Of a stretch of 64,000 bases of DNA, positions 59,584-64,000 are shown piece after piece (position 1 is the first letter of the stretch; every line of letters starts with the position of its first letter). The stretch lies in the NCBI GenBank assembly GCA_964016885.1, contig OZ024743.1, forward strand, positions 198,648,001 through 198,712,000. Direction: 5' to 3'. This DNA comes from Eledone cirrhosa. Taxonomy: Eukaryota. A program made the position numbers and the translations under genes. A model generated the notes under the pieces. It had not been told where the DNA came from and did no database searches. It was given only the letters and a program-made list of their open reading frames with translations.

Positions 59584-59929
59584 AACTATTAATATAATTG
59601 TTTCTACGTTTAGCACAAGGCCAGCAATTATCCCAGTGCATTACTGGTACTTTATTATATCGAACCCATAAGGATGAACGGCAAAGTTAACCTCGGTGGG
59701 ATTTGAAATCAGACCTTAAAGGGGCGTAAATCTATGATGCAAGGCATGGCGTGCGACCCTCTCCCGATACTGTCAATCAACCGCCCCTAACTATTAATAT
59801 AATTGTTTCTACTTTTGGCACAAGGCCAGCAATTATCTCAGTGCATTACTGGTACTTTATTTTATCGAGCCCGTAAGGATGAAAGGCAAAGTTAACCTCT
59901 GCGGGATTTGAACAAACTATTAATATAAT
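59584..59929 (-). mobile_element. Two S1 SINEs with a triple 15-bp TSD
   Basis: aactattaatataat occurs at 59584, 59789 and 59915. One copy is full length and one is 5'-truncated. Confidence 0.9.
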
Positions 59930-61050
59930 GATTGGTATTTACGATATAACAGCCAACGAAGATTCAAACAGAATTTAGCATGGCGGTGCTTGTAGGCTAC
60001 ATTTTCTGCATTCTTTCAACATAGTCTGCATTTCTGGGTATCAGAATTGGTAGCAAGAGCTTTGTCTTATGTACCAATTGTAAGGCTTTCAACGGTAAGC
60101 TTCAAATTACCTTGCTTAAGCCATGTCTATTATATTTTATCCTTTATATCCTGTGTAATTCTTTCAAACTGCCGTGCATTCTCATTTTCAGAAGATCTTC
60201 TATCCTCACCTCTTCAACTCTTTGGTTAAACACTTCCTCACTAGCCATTTCATCTGCATTTATAACCATATCTTCTGTATATTGTATCAACTCTTCGTCA
60301 CTGTTTACCAAATATTCTGTAAGCGTTCTCCTTTCTCTCCTTATAAAATAATTCACACTCTTTCTCTTCAGGTGCAATATGTTTTTATTTACTTTAGGCT
60401 GTAAACCTGCAAACAATGTCATTTCGTTTCTCATTTTTATATCCAACTTCGCTATTTCTTCATCAGTCCATACGAGAATGAAGGCTCTATATCTAACTAC
60501 TGCAACTGCCCAGATATTCATTACAGTAACTAGAATTCTCGCATTTAGGTTGGATTTTAAAATTACTTTCCTTCTTTATAAATGACTCTCTAACTTTTTT
60601 TCCCTTTCTACATATAAAATGTCATCCAGTTCTAAAATCCCCAAATACTTTTATCTACTATCTTCTAGTTCCCCAATGGTTTCTCCTGATGGCAGCCTTA
60701 ATCCACAAAATGTTGCTTTTTTTCCTTTTAACCTATATCATTTTTGTTCACTTGGTAATGTTCTTTCCAGTAAGGACCTTCCATAATATGTTCAGGTATG
60801 CTATAGATCAACAGTTTCCTACAGCATTCCCCTTAATTCTATATTCTTTTATTATAAGCATTGTTCTTCCGTTACCATCCAAGATAGAATTGCACTCTTT
60901 GGACACATTAATTCAATTGAGTTACGAGTCTTTAATAACCGCATTGCTTCACTTAAAAAAAAAATCCATGGATCCCAGCATTCATCTTTTTTATAATTTC
61001 ATTCATGTTACTTCTATCTACCTTTCGTCAGGCCTTTCTAAGGCAAACGA
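59930..61050 (-). mobile_element. Decayed R4/Dong-like LINE
   Basis: MNIWAVAVVRYRAFILVWTDEEIAKLDIKMRNEMTLFAGLQPK...LHLKRK resembles the R4 RT C-terminus. MHG and CRKC lie downstream. Confidence 0.7.
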
Positions 61051-61087
61051 TTCATAAATATTATTATTATTAGTAGTAGTAGTAGTA

Positions 61088-61889
61088 ACCAGTCTGTTCC
61101 GGAGGACTTTCGAGCCGGGGACGATGGATAATTGCCAAAATTCCCTCGCTTGGCAGTGCTACCGGGGGGCACTGCCGGTTCGAGATAAACTCTACAAGCA
61201 CGGAAGTGCTGTCAGACGGACCTGCCCGAGATGCGCGCAGAGCGACGAAACCGGTCTGCACGCACTCGTCCAGTGTCCGTGCATTACTGACTTGTGGAGT
61301 TATGTCGAACAGCTGTTGTCGCGTGTAGAACGGATCCGACTATCGGCCGAGTCCATAGTGAAGATTGACCCGCCTCCTTCTTTTGGCCAGGAAGGGCAGG
61401 AAATTTTCCTCTGTTTGGTGGCAGTAGCGAAAGAGGTTGTATGTTGGACCAGGTTGAAAGGACTGAAGACAGACACTTTTCTCTTCGGCCAATCTCCCAT
61501 CAACTCTTTCAAGTTTCACTTGGAAAGGAAGGTGAGGGTGGAGAGAGAAGTGCTTCCCCCCAGTACATTTGCTCAAAGGTGGGTGAATGTGGCGAGAATG
61601 GCCCGTGGGCCTACTCTGGTCATGCGGCTTTAGGTGGGTAACTTTGGGGAGGAGAGGGGTACCCTTCCAGGGTGCTCTCGAGGTATCGGGTCGTTCAGGA
61701 TTGGTGGGGTACCTGAGCGAACCCTGGGTGGTCATCCCCCCTATTGAGGAATTTTTCTTGTATTTTTCTTGTTACTTTGTAATTGTTATTCATATTGTTT
61801 ACTCAATTTTCCTGTAAAACCTCACTGCCCCAGTCTTTTGTATTGTCCCCTATATGTCAGCCCTTGTGGCCAATAAATGAAATCATTAT
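61088..61889 (+). mobile_element. Tx1/L1-clade LINE 3' end
   Basis: LAWQCYRGALPVRDKL...CPRCAQSDETGLHALVQC is a zf-RVT CCHC motif. 3' UTR has aataaa. (TAG/AGT)n on both sides. Confidence 0.88.
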
Positions 61890-62165
61890 AAGTAGTAGTA
61901 GTAGTAGTAGTCGTAGTAGTAGTAGTAGTAGTAGTAATAGTAGTAGTAGTATTGCTGTTGTTGTTATTACTATTATGGCATTCCTTTTCCTCATATAGTA
62001 ACATAGAGTAACAGCAGGTGAAATTTAGAAGTATTTTTCCTTTGTTTTAATAACTATGTTAATTGTGTACCTCGGCCTAAAGTGAGATGAAATTGTGAAA
62101 ATACAATTATTAAATTAATGAGGAGTTCTATAGATCCAAAGAATTGCAAGCTGTGTACAATCAGG

Positions 62166-62248
<83 letters not shown>

Positions 62249-62258
62249 TGTGTCTGTG

Positions 62259-62364
<106 letters not shown>

Positions 62365-62437
62365 TATAATCAAGGTTTAGCAGATAAGAAAAAGTTTTTA
62401 AATGAATTTTAAAAGGTTCACTGTACCTGCTGTATTT

Positions 62438-62522
62438 ACCCTTACCCTACGGTTTCAAGTCTCAAAATAAATGGATATTCCATGCGGAAATCCATTGAAA
62501 AGAAAGACTTTCGTCAGAGAGT
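62438..62522 (-). ncRNA. Type I minimal hammerhead ribozyme motif (second tandem copy)
   Basis: actct-CTGACGA-aagtct...agactt-GAAA-ccgtaggg-TA-agggt. Confidence 0.85.
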
Positions 62523-62924
62523 TCTTTTCGCTCGGAGAATATAAAATTGCCGAGTTCAAATCACGAACTGGCGCCATACAGAACTGTTCCCGAGATGAGA
62601 GTGTATGATGAAGAAACAATTCTGTCTAGTGCCGTGTGTAAAGATAGAAGGCAGGGGCGGAAAGGTCAATGTACTGCCACTAGAAATAGCAGCAGTTAAA
62701 ACAACCAAAATGTTATCTCGACCAGGGGAGATTAATAATAATAATAAAGTATGTCTCCCTACATGCAAAATGCATATAGGAACACATGTATCATCCAACC
62801 GTATGCCGATGTGGTTATATGGCAGGTTAATAAATTAACGAGTCAAACATATATAATCAAGGTTTAGCAAATAAGAAAAAGTTTTAAAATAAATTTTAAA
62901 ATGTTCACTGTACCTGCTGTAATT

Positions 62925-63009
62925 ACCCTTACCGTACGGTTTCAAGTCTCAAAATAAATGGATAATCCATGCGGAAATCCATTGAGAAGAAAGACTTTCG
63001 TCAGAGGGT
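62925..63009 (-). ncRNA. Type I minimal hammerhead ribozyme motif
   Basis: accct-CTGACGA-aagtct...(aatggat hairpin)...agactt-GAAA-ccgtacgg-TA-agggt. Stem III is the 10-nt palindrome ACCGTACGGT, with a GUA site. Confidence 0.9.
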
Positions 63010-63235
63010 TCTTTTCGCTTGTTTCTTCATCATACACTCTCATCTCGGGAACAGTTTTATAAAACTTTTTTCTTATTTGCAAAACCTTGATTATATATAA
63101 ATATATATACATATATGTATGGGATATATAGAACATTAATAATTATATTCGATTCGCTTGTAAATAAACGGCCTGATTAAAGCTGTGCCATGCCAATGAC
63201 AAATCGTCATCCATTTGTTCAACACTGGCATTGAG

Positions 63236-63281
63236 GAACAATGAACATGTTTCTGGGTCATTATCCTTCATCAGGATTGCC
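63236..63281 (-). ncRNA. Degenerate minimal hammerhead motif
   Basis: gcaatc-CTGATGA-aggataatgaccca-GAAA-catg-TT-cattgt. Palindrome ACATGT; stems I and II are imperfect. Confidence 0.55.
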
Positions 63282-63532
63282 AATCTTTTGAACGGTTGAA
63301 AAAAGAAAATATATATGTGTGTGTGTGTGTGTGTGGGTGTGTGTGTAGGTATCGATATGTTATATGTGTATATATGTAAAGTATACAGATAATGCATCGT
63401 ACTCTGTATTGAGAATTGGTTTATTCCGAAACGTCAGATGTTTTTATTTTTCGTTCGGCGTAAATGTTTATATTCTACACATTTTATTTACTTTTTTATG
63501 CATGTTTTAGTTTTTCTGTGACTTTTTTATTA

Positions 63533-63571
<39 letters not shown>

Positions 63572-64000
63572 GCACACATATACACACACACGCACTCTTT
63601 CTCTCTCTTACACACAAAATACACACACACTCTCTGTCTCTTACACACAAACACACACACTTTTTCTGTCTCTCTTTCTGACACTAGCTACCAGCCTCCT
63701 CTCTGAAGAAGTACGATTGTTCACACCTGGAGAGTGCCGGGATCCGATTGGTGTAAATACCCAACCCACATTAAATGTCCCAACAGTGACACTACGAGTC
63801 AAAATAAGGACGATAAGTACAATTCTTTCTAGAATAATTTTGAGAAAGAAATCTTTATAACAGGAACAGTAAAATCTTCCAAAGAAAATCTACACAGATA
63901 TTCTAGACATTTTGAATATATATTTTGTAATGTTAGTAGTATGCAGGATGGCAGTATACATTCAATACAAAGACATTTTGTAGGGCGAGCTTAATACAGG

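Larger units (their letters stand above)
62365..63095 (-). mobile_element. PLE-like insert, family F: tandem pLTRs (487-bp period) with inverted end
   Basis: 62365-62532 is repeated at 62852-63019. 63019-63095 contains inverted pieces. (TA)n flanks. Confidence 0.85.

Noticed and set aside
63395-63445. ccGAAACGTCaga hammerhead-like 3' half
   Set aside because: The upstream core is not recognisable and is too degenerate to call.

Overview
AT-rich, microsatellite-saturated animal DNA, probably intronic or intergenic. The SINE, RTE and microsatellite content suggests an octopus or other cephalopod; this is an inference. No intact host gene is supported. Almost all ORFs in the track are translations of (TA)n, (CA)n, (CATA)n or (GGT)n. 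The real coding remnants are from retroelements: several RTE LINE families, two Tx1/L1-clade pieces, an R4/Dong-like LINE, a decayed Penelope GIY-YIG region and a very decayed Gypsy pol. The window also holds many tRNA-derived SINEs, a non-autonomous Helitron, Tc1/mariner and piggyBac MITEs, a ~3-kb segmental duplication and a 320-bp inverted duplication. The most striking signal is a set of short non-coding inserts within (TA)n tracts, from at least 6-7 unrelated families. Most share one architecture (inverted arm, fold-back, arm, unique tail) and carry type I minimal hammerhead ribozyme (HHR) motifs that can be folded by eye. These include canonical cores, a U3-A8 covariant core, a family fixed for a non-canonical CAGAAGA core with a 54-bp tandem trimer, and a 487-bp HHR-to-HHR tandem unit. 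The link between HHRs and Penelope-like element (PLE) pseudo-LTRs is established. The core variants, the fold-back inside stem II, the shared tail motif and the trimer deserve testing. All folds and alignments were done by eye, without tools.
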